Assembly (NCBI GenBank): GCA_964016885.1 | Contig: OZ024747.1 | Span: 16,430,001-16,494,000 of the forward strand | From: Eledone cirrhosa | Taxonomy: Eukaryota | DNA length: 64,000 nt | Direction: 5' to 3' | Notes under the pieces: generated by a model | Told to the model about the DNA's origin: nothing | Seen by the model: the letters and a program-made list of their open reading frames with translations, nothing else | Database searches by the model: none | In this document: one piece after another, positions 1-12,909 of the stretch | How positions within the stretch are numbered: position 1 is the stretch's first letter | Layout: each line of letters starts with the position of its first letter | Translations under genes and position numbers: made by a program

Positions 1-3000
1 TATGATAAGCGCAGCTGTTGGTGATATTAAGTGCAACAGTAATGACGTTGATGCATAGACTATCTAGTTTAAATGGCTGGAAAACTTAATTTTTCTTTAT
101 TTTCCCCACCAAATGAGGAGACAACAATCTGAAGGAAATCAATAACACAAAAATATAAATAAATAAATAAATAAGTAAATAAAACATGAAGAAAGAAATA
201 AAGCATGGCATCACCCTGTCGAGTGGAACACGTAATAGAGCAATACAGTAATCCATAATATGTTTTTTAAAAATAGAAAAATACCTTCCAATAAAATGTT
301 TCTTCTTTTTTTCTTGTCAGGCGAACAAATAACAGACAGTATCAAATCAGTACGAAGAACAAATGTTTGGGGCATTTCTTAATCTGATACAGGGGCCGAA
401 AGCGCAAGAAGAAGCCAAATGGGTTTTAACTGCGCAACGTATTTTAAAGTAAGGGAAATTAAGAATCTCAATTTGTATCTCATAATATAGGATGTTGTTG
501 AAGTCAAACTTTGTAGACAACGTGTTAATTCTTTAACATACCCAAACACATATATTGCACTCTAATATGATAGAGCGCCCTAGCTTAAGTACTCGGTGTA
601 GTAAAAGTATAGATAGTACATTTGATCATCTTCAAATAAGAGAGGTTACAGCTGAATCATTTCAAATTAAGGATATCCCCTATTTGAATTGATTGGCTTT
701 TAATACCTAAATCATATATTTTGTAATTATGAAATATATTAATATATGTATTATATTTAATGTATAACATGAATGCCATGCATCATACCTGATCATCTAG
801 CTAAATATAAGGCCACTATAAATCATTAGATAATATCACGTAGTATACTGATTATAAAGAATGTCTGTCATCGGAGTTGTTGATGTTTAACCTCCGATCA
901 ACACTGATGGATCACATATCTGATAGAATCAATTCTCGTGCTGACCCTCCAGTCAACATCGGAGTCTATAGAAATAAACTACGCTTGTGTACCCATATTT
1001 ATTTAAGATGACGGTTTGTGCTTTGTGGAATATATTATGATGAGCATGCAGAGAGCACTGTAATATCTTGAATTGTAGAAATTGTTCCAGATTTGCAGAT
1101 ACAGAACAGGAACAAACATATCTTGTGTTTTGATAATGCGGCGTGTATCATTCATCTTATTCCATATTTTTGTATTCAAAGTTTCTAAATGAATGTGTAA
1201 AAACAATTAATCTTCGACTTTATATTAAACTCTTCAACCAGAAACATTTACTAGCATTAAGTTTGATTTATACTTTCGATTTACACGAGAGAAATGTTTT
1301 TGTTTCAGTTTCTTCTTGTGCCAAAATGGATTATTTTCTTTCATTTATACTGCAGTTTCAAAGACAAGAACTCTACAAAAGTACGTAGGCTCACCTAAAT
1401 GAAAAACTGGTTAATCTTTTTTTTTAGTATTTTTACTTTGAGTGGACAATAATATGAAGTGCGCCAATAGTGTAAGAATATATATATTAGTCAATATTAG
1501 TATTGTGAAGCGCAATGGAGATATTTCACAACCACTATCATCCACTATATGAGAGCTTGTACTGTTGGAAATACCAAGCAGATCTCTCCCCATTTGTCTC
1601 TCAATGTATTAGATAAGTAACGAAATAGCCTACAGTCCTAGGTCTGCTTGATCTGTATTGACAGGACGTATACATTATATATATTTTTAATGTGGGAAAT
1701 GTTTGTATTTAATGCATTAGGGTAGTGGTGGAACAATAACGTGGCATAAGCAGTGCACTAAATATCTCACGGCATATACAAGCCTGTATTGACATATTTT
1801 CGTAATGCACGAGATCCAACAGTGCGAGTCATTACATTCGACTATATCATTTCCCTAAAGTTTGTCGTCATCAGTTAATAATATATTACTTTATTTGTTA
1901 TAACTTCAGGGCTACATATTCCTATATTTGAACATTACGTTAAAGATAACACTCCGCTAAATCATTGCTTCTTTGTTGCACCTGCCTCTTCCAAATAGGG
2001 TATGAGAATAAACACTGAAAGAATAGGTATTTCGATGTTGATCCATAGGGTTACTAATAGAATAGCATTCTGATATTAAATATTTCCTATATAATACGCT
2101 GTATTTATTTAAAATAATCCCCACACCACTAAATTTGAACTTTATGTCCGGAAAATATGATTAATTCATATTCCATTCCAAAAGGGCTCAAATTATTTTA
2201 CACGTGATTAACATAACAAATAAGGTCATTTGATTTGTCATTGCATGTTATTTCTGGTTACGCACTTAATGCGCATTTAAATTAGAGTCACGGAACTAAT
2301 TTAGTATATCTCCCTAATGATGTTGTTTGTGTGATAATAATATTTCATGTTTTAAGTTAATGGGTATAGGTGAGTAGATATTGTTCGCCCTGTTAATATA
2401 GATGGTTGTTTTAGACAAAGTCTTTCAGTGAGTAACAAGGAATGCAAATGTATCAGAATGCGTATTATCAGTCTGCAAATATGGGCATTTTCATATAGAC
2501 GTAACGTATAGACGTTTAATGTCACAGCCAATGTAAATGTTGTCATAAAACAATCACATTCAATAACATCGTTTAACCACACAAGTCCATATTATTTTGC
2601 AAACGGTGAAGTAGCTCTTTAATTTAGAATCAACCTGTGGGAGTTACAGTAGCTAAAATATTCTTATTTATGACCGTCTAATCCATTTATTGACACTTCT
2701 CTAAATGCTGACATTTATTTTAATGCATAACTTTCAACATAATGAGAACATAGGATATAATGGACTAACACGAAATGTTTACTGAAATATCTATATAGGT
2801 GTTAATATACACATTTACTATATGCATTTTATATACAAATCATGCTTAGTCGATTCCAATGATTATATGGTTTCTCAACCGTTATTCACAAGTGGAAATC
2901 TATAACATGTTTACGGCAGATCAAGACTGTAACTATCGTACACCGTTTGTATTGCAAGGAAATGTTAATGTCTAGATTTTATTTCTGTATTTTTTTTTAC

Positions 3001-4690
3001 GTTAAGTTGTTATGTAAACTATCCTATATAGTGTATTTACTCTCAAATGACAGTAATTATTCTATGAATTATTTTAGCCGACAATTTTAAACAATTACAA
3101 AGATATAATTGTGTTTCTACTTCTAGTGTGATACATTAAAGTCCCAGAGAGGGATGCTCCCTTAATAGGTCTTCGTACCACATTGTTCGCAACAAATTGG
3201 ATATATTTAGTACATATATGAAATTTATTCGTTTCTATCATTAAAATATTCCCATTTAAAAATTATCACACTGTGCGGCTCAGAAATATTAATTTACCTA
3301 AATTAACTTTCATATAATTTAATGGTTAAATTTTACTAAACTGAATATTCAAATTTCAAATGTTTAAATGATTAGTTCAATAAATAATGAAGAAGCTAAT
3401 GTTATATTGTGTCATCAAACTATTAATATTAATATTTCGAAAATAAATGGTTTGGCAATGCTATTATTCATTTCCACAGGAATGGAGGACATTTCATTGG
3501 AAAATACAAAATAAAACGAGAATGTGAAGTAGAAAATCCTAGATGTATTCAATAATAATACTGCTGATGGAAATGCCAGTGTCTCTCGGATAGTTAGAAA
3601 TGCTTGGGTAGAATTGTGAAATATTTGCACATCCATTCCTTTTGCTATTTTCACACATTCCCTCTTTTTTTCAAATACCATTCAGATCCTTTACCATCGC
3701 TAACGAGTGTAACCTTCAAGATAATAATTAGAGATACCTTGAGAATCCCGATCACCCTGTGCCGTCATAATTAAACCACGTACTCTACTATCCAGGACAA
3801 GTAAGTAACAATATCATACTGGAAAAGCCATCCGTTCCCAAAAGTTTAGGCGTTTCCAACACATCACTCATTCCTACCTCAACCAACTCCACTAGATTAA
3901 GTTTACACATTCATAGTTGCCGAGAAAGATTGCGAGAGTGTGCACGCCTGAGACTTAGTTCTCGCTGATGTCAAGTATACATACGTCTCCAGTGAACTGA
4001 GTGTGTTAAATACGAGGCCTTGATTAAACGACGGCAGATTCCGCGTACGTTGACGCACCTGGCACACTAGTCATCGATAATGTACATCATAGCCGAAGCA
4101 ATCTAGTTATCCTGTTTTCTTTTTTGTTTTTCTTGTTATCCACATATAACTTGAAGCATGTGTGGTAAGTTTGAATCATTTAATATCTCCAATTCTTGTG
4201 GGTTGTAAATAAATAAATACAATGCAAGACATAACGGAAATGGTTAGATACTAGAACGTAGAGAAGAAATAGATGTATCTAATATATTCTACAGAACAAT
4301 CTATTGTTTAGAAATGTATCTGCAAATCTACAAATTGTTAAACACTGTAGATCTTCATCTTACTTAATTAAATAACAAACAAATAAAACTGTAGAATTTA
4401 AAACAAAGTAAAGATTAATGCATCCAAAAACATAATACTGGTGTGTGACAAAATATGTACGGAAAAATATTTTTAAAAAAATTGTGAAGCTAGACGCTTA
4501 CGATACGTAGATATAAAGGAAAAGATCTAATGTTTTGGTTTAAAGAATTTATTAACGCAAGGAAAAATGTGAAAGATAAAATGACAAAGTTTAGAAAGAT
4601 AAAAAAAATAAGAGTAGAGAGATGTATGTTTATATATATATACATACATACATCTCTCTCTACTCTTATGTGTTTTCTCTCTCTCTCTCC

Positions 4691-4727
<37 letters not shown>

Positions 4728-4784
4728 CTGTATATAAGCTTACAATTTCTAATTTATAATTTCATATATACATATATATGTTTA

Positions 4785-4817
<33 letters not shown>

Positions 4818-4819
<2 letters not shown>

Positions 4820-4992
4820 CAGGATGGCATCAGTTTTAAATTAATAAAGCAATACTCAACAGAGTACTACATACTTATGGTAGTAGAATATGATCATATT
4901 GTAAAGAATCTGGAACCGACAGCTGAGCTCTTGCCTTTTCAACATCTCGTTCCATTCCAGAGTGAGCTGTCCTCGGATCCAGACACTTCATA

Positions 4993-4995
<3 letters not shown>
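4818..4995 (-). mobile_element. Short PLE terminal fragment between (TA)n tracts: degenerate hammerhead (4909-4983) plus downstream bulged hairpin (4862-4894)
   Basis: Minus strand reads TCTGGAT-CCGAGGA-...-GAAA-AGGCAAGAGCTCAGCTG-TC-GGTTCCAGA, then CATATTCTACTACCATAAGTATGTAGTACT. Similar to the piece at 10403-10485. Confidence 0.6.
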
Positions 4996-5070
<75 letters not shown>

Positions 5071-5270
5071 TATTTACGTATCGAGAAAGAGAAAAAAGGG
5101 GAGGATAGGTGATACATATAGTTATTTGCCAAGTAGCGTATGCCAAAGGTGCTCGATACTAGTGCCGGCAGTATTAAATATTCGAAGTGTTAATATTTAG
5201 AGGGCTAGAGAGTTAGCAGAGCGTAAGCACGTGGGAAAGTAAAAAATCGGAGAATATACCGTTAAAACAG

Positions 5271-5310
5271 CACCTACGTACGTTTCGCCCAGTTGGGGTT
5301 CTCAAGGGTA
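5271..5310 (-). ncRNA. Minimal type I hammerhead variant (CUUGAGA core)
   Basis: TACC-CTTGAGA-ACCCC-AACT-GGGC-GAAA-CGTACG-TA-GGTG; palindromic stem III; stem I TACC/GGTG. Confidence 0.6.
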
Positions 5311-5606
5311 TAAATAATGAAAAGTGTTCCTTATATTGCTCGGAAAGAGTTTTTGGGGTTACATCCACATCAAGGTTCATTGTTCGCAAAAATAGCTTGT
5401 GTTGATTTTGCAGCAGGTCAAGGGAGGTAACTCCGGCCGATGTTAGGGCAGTCTTTCCCGGACAATTTTTTTATTTTTTTTTATTTTTGCCGCCTCTGTT
5501 TGTCTGAGGCTGGGTTGGTGTGCAAGGATTGTTTCTAGGGTGTTATTTTGCAGCGCCTGCCCGCCGGGGTGTTAAGACTTGTTGCAGGGAGATCCGGTGT
5601 ACGGTT

Positions 5607-6128
5607 TCACTCCTCATCTTTAACCCATCTGAAGAAGGATATGTTTAAGCGATGTGTACAACTTATCGCTGTTTCAGCTCTGCTGTTGATGAGCTCGTGG
5701 GGTGCAGTTATGATGTGGTAGAGCTCCATGAGGCAAAGATCGCATTTCCTCTTGAAGTTGTACGGTGCAGCCCTACCGACAATCTCCCAGTGCGTGGAGA
5801 AGCTGATGTTTAAGTCCTTTAGTGATGTGATGTAGTCCGCGAGCGAAGTGGAGTGCCTTAGTTTTCTATTTGTGAAAGAGTGGAGATGTGTTCGAAACCT
5901 AATTTTGAACGGGCCGGAGGTAGCCCCTATATAATGTTTAACGCTATTGTGGCTAGTAATAGTGAATATATATATAACCCTATCAGTCAAGCAGTATCCT
6001 TTAAGGGGTCAGCGTCCTCTGTCGCTGCAGTTGCAATTTCTGTCGCGGTTCCGTCTATTTCCCACGGTAAGGCTATCATTGTTGCTGCCTACGTTGTTAC
6101 CTACGCTATTGCAGCTGTCGTTAGCACC
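5607..6128 (-). pseudogene. PLE GIY-YIG endonuclease fragment
   Basis: Reads CNCSDRGR*PLKGYCLTDRVIY...HYIGATSGPFKIRFRTHLHSF...STSLADYI..LK...WEI...CDLCLMELYHI...INSRAE..SCTH; collinear with the ORF at 51822-53027. One in-frame TGA at 6011-6009. Confidence 0.88.
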
Positions 6129-7539
6129 ATGATGAAATGGTGAAATCTAACTAGTTTGTGTGTATCTCTAACTGCCTAAGATATGTTAGATATACACAAA
6201 TAGGATAGACACAATTTTATGTGTTGAAATTGTTGATAAGGAATAAGAAATTGAATATAATCTCTCAATTGATGGAAATGATACAATTCATATAACTTCC
6301 AGAGACATGGAGTAGGAGTACCATAGCTTGCTAAACATCAAGACATTGTTATTTCAGTCATGCCGACGTAAAATAGCATATGACACTTCTAGAATTAGTT
6401 ATCGTATTCAAGTTCGGTAAACTCTGATGTGCTACGGTTACATAACTTCATCTTCCAATAATCTGATCCTACCGAAGAGAGTTGTAAATAAGCATCAATT
6501 TACCTACATGCGAAATCTATGCAACGCAAAGAACCGACAGAAGGCGCATATTAAAATTTGTTTGTCTCATCAAACAATTCTTGATAGCCAAGGTCTAACA
6601 ATGTTACTATCCTGTTTCCACACATGTCATGATGAAAATTTGATTTGCAAAATAAATGGATTTACTTTATAATGGGTTGTCGGATCAAGGCCAGTCAGTA
6701 GATTACGTTGTATACCAATGGGAAAATGCATTATAAGGCATATTGACCTTTGATTGACCTAAGTGCCACAACTAAGTAACGAAATATGATGGCTCATCGT
6801 TAAAATACTTATATATGATATTGAAACGTTTGTCTCGAATCGTTTTAATGAGACGTTTCATTGATCTGTACAACTCGGAATTAATCCAAATAAAAGTTAT
6901 AATTGATTTTTAATACAAATAAGTTTGCTTATGTTTGATTAGATCCTACACCTCCATCCAGTCTACTTCTCAGTAACATATTCGCCTATCTCAATGATAT
7001 ATGTGCGCATTCCATCTTATGAATAAAATATCTAGTTGAGGATTGGACCGATCCCGGGTGTAAACCTTCATACACGTATTCATTCCACACATTTCAATCT
7101 CGAATTCAAATTAAACATTACACAGTTTGGTATATTAAGAAAACAAATATAGGCAAGAGAATATTAATTTTTTATTTTCATTAGCAAATCTATCTACTCC
7201 AGTTTTGTATAAGATATTTTGCCGTATCTATCAAAACAGAATGCGTTTTCTGCCTTATCAATTTCTATATATGTCAAGATTGTTTGAATATTGTATCCCT
7301 ATACATTTAACATTTAATACTGTCCTCAACATATTTGAGGCAGGAAATACTGTCAAGTAAACAGAATAGAAAATGATATATGACAGAATATTTAGTTAAA
7401 CATTTGGGTAGTAGAAATGTCTTGTTTTGTTAAATGGAATTATTTCTGATATAATTAAAGAATAACATACGCGACGAAATACACAGAATTTGGAATAATG
7501 TCTTCATTGTTATATATATATATATATATATATATATTT

Positions 7540-8296
7540 CGTTTCTGAATTTGTTTAGCAAGATTCATTATATGAAAAGGTGTGTTGAAACCGATATTGT
7601 TATACTTTGGGAGGGTCATATTGCCAATAAGAAACACGCGCACCAGTTGCTTTCACTCAATTTTATTATAAATTAAATTTATAAATTTAAGAATTTATAA
7701 ATTTCCGGTTGGTTGGTTGATTCTACAACCGGACGGTTGTTCATATATTGTCAAAGTTCTTTCGTCACACATTCTGTGACCTCTTCAGTGACTGTGGATT
7801 CTTCTCTTTGTTTTGTGCCTCTCCTTTGCTCTGTCCTACGCCATCTTGTTTTTGTGTGTGCTGTGTGCTTAGTTTGCGCATTTGTTATATCCGGGTGTCT
7901 GTGTGTGCTTTTATTTGTTTATTTATTTGTTTATTTATATGTTACTGGTTGCTTGTTTGTTCTATGTGTGTTTGTTTTCATTTTGTCCTTAATTGTAAGT
8001 TGTGATGTTGCTATTCCATTCATGTTTTCTAATTAATTTGGGTTGGAGTTCATTTATGTTTATTGCCTCTGTGATTTGTCTAAACATTACGTCTTTTCTG
8101 TGTGTAGATTTTATTTTTATTTCTATGTTCTCTAATTTGCCCTTATGTTCTATTTCAGCATGTTGGTGCAGTACTGATGAATCCTTTCTATCTTGAGGCT
8201 CTCGCCAGTGTTCATTTAATCGAACGATTAAATGTGATAGTAACTGGTGCGTGTGTTTCTTATTGGCAAGGTGACCCTCTCAAAGTATAACAATAT
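7540..8296 (-). mobile_element. 5'-truncated PLE of a second family with an inverted copy of its 3' end
   Basis: Minus frame 8222-7989 reads RLNEHWREPQDRKDSSVLHQHAEIEH...DVMFRQITEAININELQPKLIRKHEW (GIY-YIG C-terminus; missed by the ORF track). Inverted repeat 7594-7656 / 8234-8296; (TA)n on both sides. Confidence 0.82.
7750..7792 (-). ncRNA. Minimal type I hammerhead ribozyme
   Basis: GTCA-CTGAAGA-G-GTCACA-GAATG-TGTGAC-GAAA-GAAC-TT-TGAC. Confidence 0.72.
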
Positions 8297-8807
8297 ATAT
8301 ATATGTATATGGTCTATCAAACAAACGCATACACATGCACGCACTACACACACACACACATACACATGCACACAGACAAACACACACACACATATGCACA
8401 CACACAAACATATATATATATATATATGTTTATTTACGGAAACTGATTCTTAAAATAATATTACAGCATATATTTCTGCTCAATAACTACCGAACATAAA
8501 GTGTTACCTATGTAACAAGGTTGTTTGTTAAAATATCATTAATTGGGATTAGTTTTGCGACCCTTAGCCACAAACCTTTACTAGTAGAGTTTACATCATA
8601 ACATCAAGATTTAAAGGCTATAACGATAATCATAAATCTTCTGTTATATTGTCAACATTTTTGTCTTTATTAATGTTCAACACAGACTGGTTATCTTCGG
8701 CTATTTCCATGGAAGGATTTTAAAATGCATGTCACAAAAATAAAACATATCGTTACAAACAATTGAAAAAAAAAATAGACATAAGAATAACAATTGTTAG
8801 TTCTTAC

Positions 8808-8963
8808 CATATACGTGAGGTAGGATATCCGTGGTAAACTCTGATTGACAACAGATTTGAAGGCCACTGCCGTGAGGACGAGTGTGAAAGAAAGCTGGAG
8901 TCGGTTTTGTGGGTATTTCTTATCGACTGAGAATGTAGTGAAGGCCAAGCTGCAGATTAAAAA
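8808..8963 (-). CDS. Exon (52 codons) of the same channel; M1 end, M2 pore helix and M2-M3 loop
   Basis: Reads FLICSLAFTTFSVDKKYPQNRLQLSFTLVLTAVAFKSVVNQSLPRISYLTYM; aligns to GABA/Gly-type R0'..T6'..L9'T10'..SLPxxSY. Acceptor ctattccag, donor gtaaga; 156 bp, phase 0/0. Confidence 0.93.
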
Positions 8964-10090
8964 CTGGAATAGAATAGCAGCAAAGGATGGAAAATAAGCT
9001 GCCAAAAGTGGCATTTCTTTAAACAATAGAACATAAAAAACGGAGAGACATTAAACCATATCAAAATAAATAAAAAGTACAAACACAATCAATACACACA
9101 TATTTATTACATATGGACAAGCCGATACTGTTATACAGAAGACCTAAATGAGATTGAGGAGTGCTGATGTAGTGTATATTTCACTGCTATAGTATCAAAT
9201 GTTTACCAAATCGTTGTGTGTTTCTTATTTGTAGGACGAAGATTTGGTATCATGAATGATGAAAAGCGAATTTAGAATTCGAACGCAAATCGGGGTGTTT
9301 TCGAATTAAATAGCCGGAAAAAATATGGTAATGAATTATAAGATTTCTACCACGTATACACACATGACGAAATAAAATATTGTCACCTGAAATATACGAA
9401 CGGAATGGTTTTAATATTCTAATTAGAAGGAATATTTCATATACAATTTTTTTTCAATGTATTATTAATTGATTTAAATATTGTTTAAAACATATTTCCG
9501 TCTGAAGTTGCTGCAGGCTATTACCATAATTTTATTATGTTACATTTGTACTTGCTTGTTCTAGAATCGTAAGACTTTACCTGAAGTAGAACACAATCTG
9601 AAAGATAAAACTGTATGGAGTAATTTCTATCGAATTATTTCATCAAAAGCGACCTATCTGTTGTTGAACTTTCATAAGAATATTAGGATTCCTTTATGAT
9701 GTCTAAATTTCAAATCTCTGGTTACAATGATTGAATGTGTTGTTATTTGTAAGAAACCATATCGTAGCAAGAAAATGTGTAACAACTGTAATTGGGTTTA
9801 ACGTTACTGGCTAGCGGTAAAATATTGCATCTTTATAAGACATTCAAATTGAATATCATATCTCAGTTGATTTTACTTTCTAGAACCATGCAGCCCTGAA
9901 CGTGCAGATCTTGTATTAAAAAAACGCTATGCTTCTATTGTTCCTTGTAACCAACATTTCTCAAATGATTTCACGTGTATTAGATTGGTATGCTGAACTA
10001 CAGAAAGAAAGTTTCATAGATGGTTTATATCCTTAGCTGAGACCAGTGCATTGGGTTATTCAAAAAGCAATTGCTCGTGGTATACATCGA

Positions 10091-10139
<49 letters not shown>

Positions 10140-10276
10140 GGGCGGTGGATAGTCAGTATCGGTAGAGGGTCGGACGCCATGCTTTGCAGCAAAGAGTTAC
10201 GGCCCTTTACGGTCTGAGTACCAGTAATGAACTGGCTAATTGGTGGTCTTGTGCCAAAAGTAGAAACAATTATTAT
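10140..10276 (+). mobile_element. tRNA-derived SINE, internally deleted copy
   Basis: Head GGGCGGTGGATAGTCAGTATCGGTAGAGGGTCGGACGCC joined directly to the tail GTACCAGTAATG...CAAAAGTAGAAACAATTATT; inserted in (ATT)n. Confidence 0.8.
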
Positions 10277-10357
10277 TATTGTTCTCTCATGAATACCGTT
10301 AGGTATCCACCACGTTATACCGAGAACAAGCGTTGTATATATATATATATATATATA

Positions 10358-10492
10358 GCGAAGGAAGAGTGATAAGGAACCAGGTGGACCATAACGCACC
10401 AAAGTACTCAATACTTAGGGTAGTAGAGTGGGTAATAGGAGTAAGTAAGACCCCGACGGCTGATCTCAAGCCGTTTCGACGGCTAATTATGT

Positions 10493-10494
<2 letters not shown>
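10358..10494 (-). mobile_element. PLE 3' terminal fragment: 3' half of a hammerhead (10450-10485) plus bulged hairpin (10403-10430)
   Basis: TAGCCGTC-GAAA-CGGCT-TGAGATC-AGCCG-TC-GGGGT, homologous to 30553-30590; flanked by (TA)n. Confidence 0.7.
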
Positions 10495-10543
<49 letters not shown>

Positions 10544-10544
<1 letters not shown>

Positions 10545-11467
10545 GAGGTGTGTCAGAAAAGTTCCAGGACTGATGTCACAACAGATTTATTTCAAACCCA
10601 AACTTCACACTAAGAGTTTTCTCCTTCGAAGTAATCCCCCTGTAGTATGTAACAGTAATCTTAGCTCCCTGTAGCGATCAAACTTTTTTCTTCATAATTT
10701 TATATACATGTCCTCTGTTTCAGCTCATTAAGCAATGAACACAGAGCATCGAACAAACTTGAAGTTTCTGGTAGGGTTGGGGAAAACTCCGTCAGAAGCA
10801 CTGGGATTGCTCCAGGAAGTGTATGGAGAGGAGACGATATATCGCTTACGTGTTTTTGAGTTGAGCAAGAGGTTTAAAGAAGGACGCGATGACGTGGAAG
10901 ATGACCCCAGGAGCGGAAGGCCCTCAACAGCCAGGACTGAGGTCAACGTTGAGCGAGTCAGGCAGATGGTGCGTAGCGATCATCGGCTCCCTGTTCGACT
11001 GATGGCAAATGAGCTGGGCATGAATCGGGACTGCGTCTGAAAGATTCTCACTGAAGGTTTGGACATGCGGAAAGTCTGCGCGAAGATGGTGCCAAAACTG
11101 CTGAATGATGATCAGAAGGGCCGACGCATGCAAGTGTGCCAGGACATCCTGGAGCCTCTTGAAACCGAACCACATTTGCTAGGGACCGTCATCACCGGTG
11201 ATGAGTCATGGATCTTCGAGTACGACCCGGAGGGGACCCGTTTTGAAGTTTTGAAGACCTGGTAGACATCAAAAAGGCCGTGCCGACGGAACTGCGGAGG
11301 ATCCTGGAAGAATCCTTCCAGGAGTGCATGCAAGCGTGGCAGAAAGGGATGGAAAAGTGCATTAGACTCCAGGGGGATTACTTTCAAGGGGAAACTCTTG
11401 TGGTGAATTTTGGGTTTGAAATAAATCTTTTGTGACATCAGGCCTGGATCCTTGTTGACACACCTCG
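10544..11467 (+). mobile_element. Internally deleted mariner (Tc1/mariner) DNA transposon
   Basis: TA-CGAGGTGTGTCA...TGACACACCTCG-TA termini. Transposase relic from 10735 (HTH region, DDPRSGRPST, KMVPKLL, TGDESWIFEYDPE) jumps at ~11232 to the C-terminus (GTRFE...CIRLQGDYF); stop and frameshift present. Confidence 0.93.
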
Positions 11468-11469
11468 TA

Positions 11470-11512
<43 letters not shown>

Positions 11513-11603
11513 TTATTTATTTGCTCTATGGTTCTTATATATTTGATATATATTTATCCTTATGGAGCCCTCTTTGGATTTTAGTCTTCAAATTTATTAT
11601 TAT

Positions 11604-11712
<109 letters not shown>

Positions 11713-11887
11713 TGTGTGTATGTGTATGCATGTTTAAAAGTAATGCTGTACTTAGAATTTTCCACTATTAGTGTAATGAGCACAATATTTGTGCGTAGAG
11801 TGTAAATATCTCTTGTTGCTCTCTCTCCTTACCTCTCTCTCTCTCTCACTCTCTATCTCTCTCTCTCTCTCTCACACACACATACTC

Positions 11888-11995
<108 letters not shown>

Positions 11996-12014
11996 TATAT
12001 ATAAATACATATAT

Positions 12015-12264
12015 TGGAAAATGAGGGTTTTTTTACAAAATGAAAAATAACCGAGGTATCCTACACGAGTGAAAGTATAAAGAAAAAAATATGAAATCGA
12101 AAATGCAACTGGAGTCTTATTTTTAAAAAAATATATATATATTTATTTGGTTCCTTTACCTGTTTCGCCTTTCTTCTGCTTTTCAAAAGTAGAGTTGGAG
12201 GGCCTTTGGTTTTAAAAACCACAGACGCTCCATTTCAACTCTACTTTTGAATTTATCAACTCTA

Positions 12265-12267
<3 letters not shown>
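12015..12267 (-). mobile_element. Short PLE terminal fragment with UUGAAAA-core hammerhead variant (12154-12189) and an 18-bp fold-back
   Basis: CTT-TTGAAAA-GC..GC-GAAA-CAGG-TA-AAG on minus; inverted TTCAAAAGTAGAGTTG / CAACTCTACTTTTGAA at 12182-12251; (TA)n flanks. Confidence 0.55.
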
Positions 12268-12908
<641 letters not shown>

Positions 12909-12909
12909 T

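Larger units (their letters stand above)
5068..6130 (-). mobile_element. 5'-truncated Penelope-like retroelement (GIY-YIG C-terminus, 3' UTR, hammerhead variant)
   Basis: GIY-YIG frame 6128-5607, then a hammerhead-like motif at 5310-5271 and a bulged hairpin at 5224-5148, ending at (TA)n. Confidence 0.85.

Noticed and set aside
1-8807. Next channel exon (expected to start with Asp of the D-K-Y motif, then M3)
   Set aside because: A by-eye scan of minus-strand AG|GAY acceptors gave no open hydrophobic frame; the exon is probably left of the window. ORFs 1003-1206 and 3415-3681 show no channel motifs.
8964-9026. ORF-track extensions of the M2 exon (MFKEMPLL... and VRTNN...)
   Set aside because: They lie outside the canonical splice sites and are intronic.
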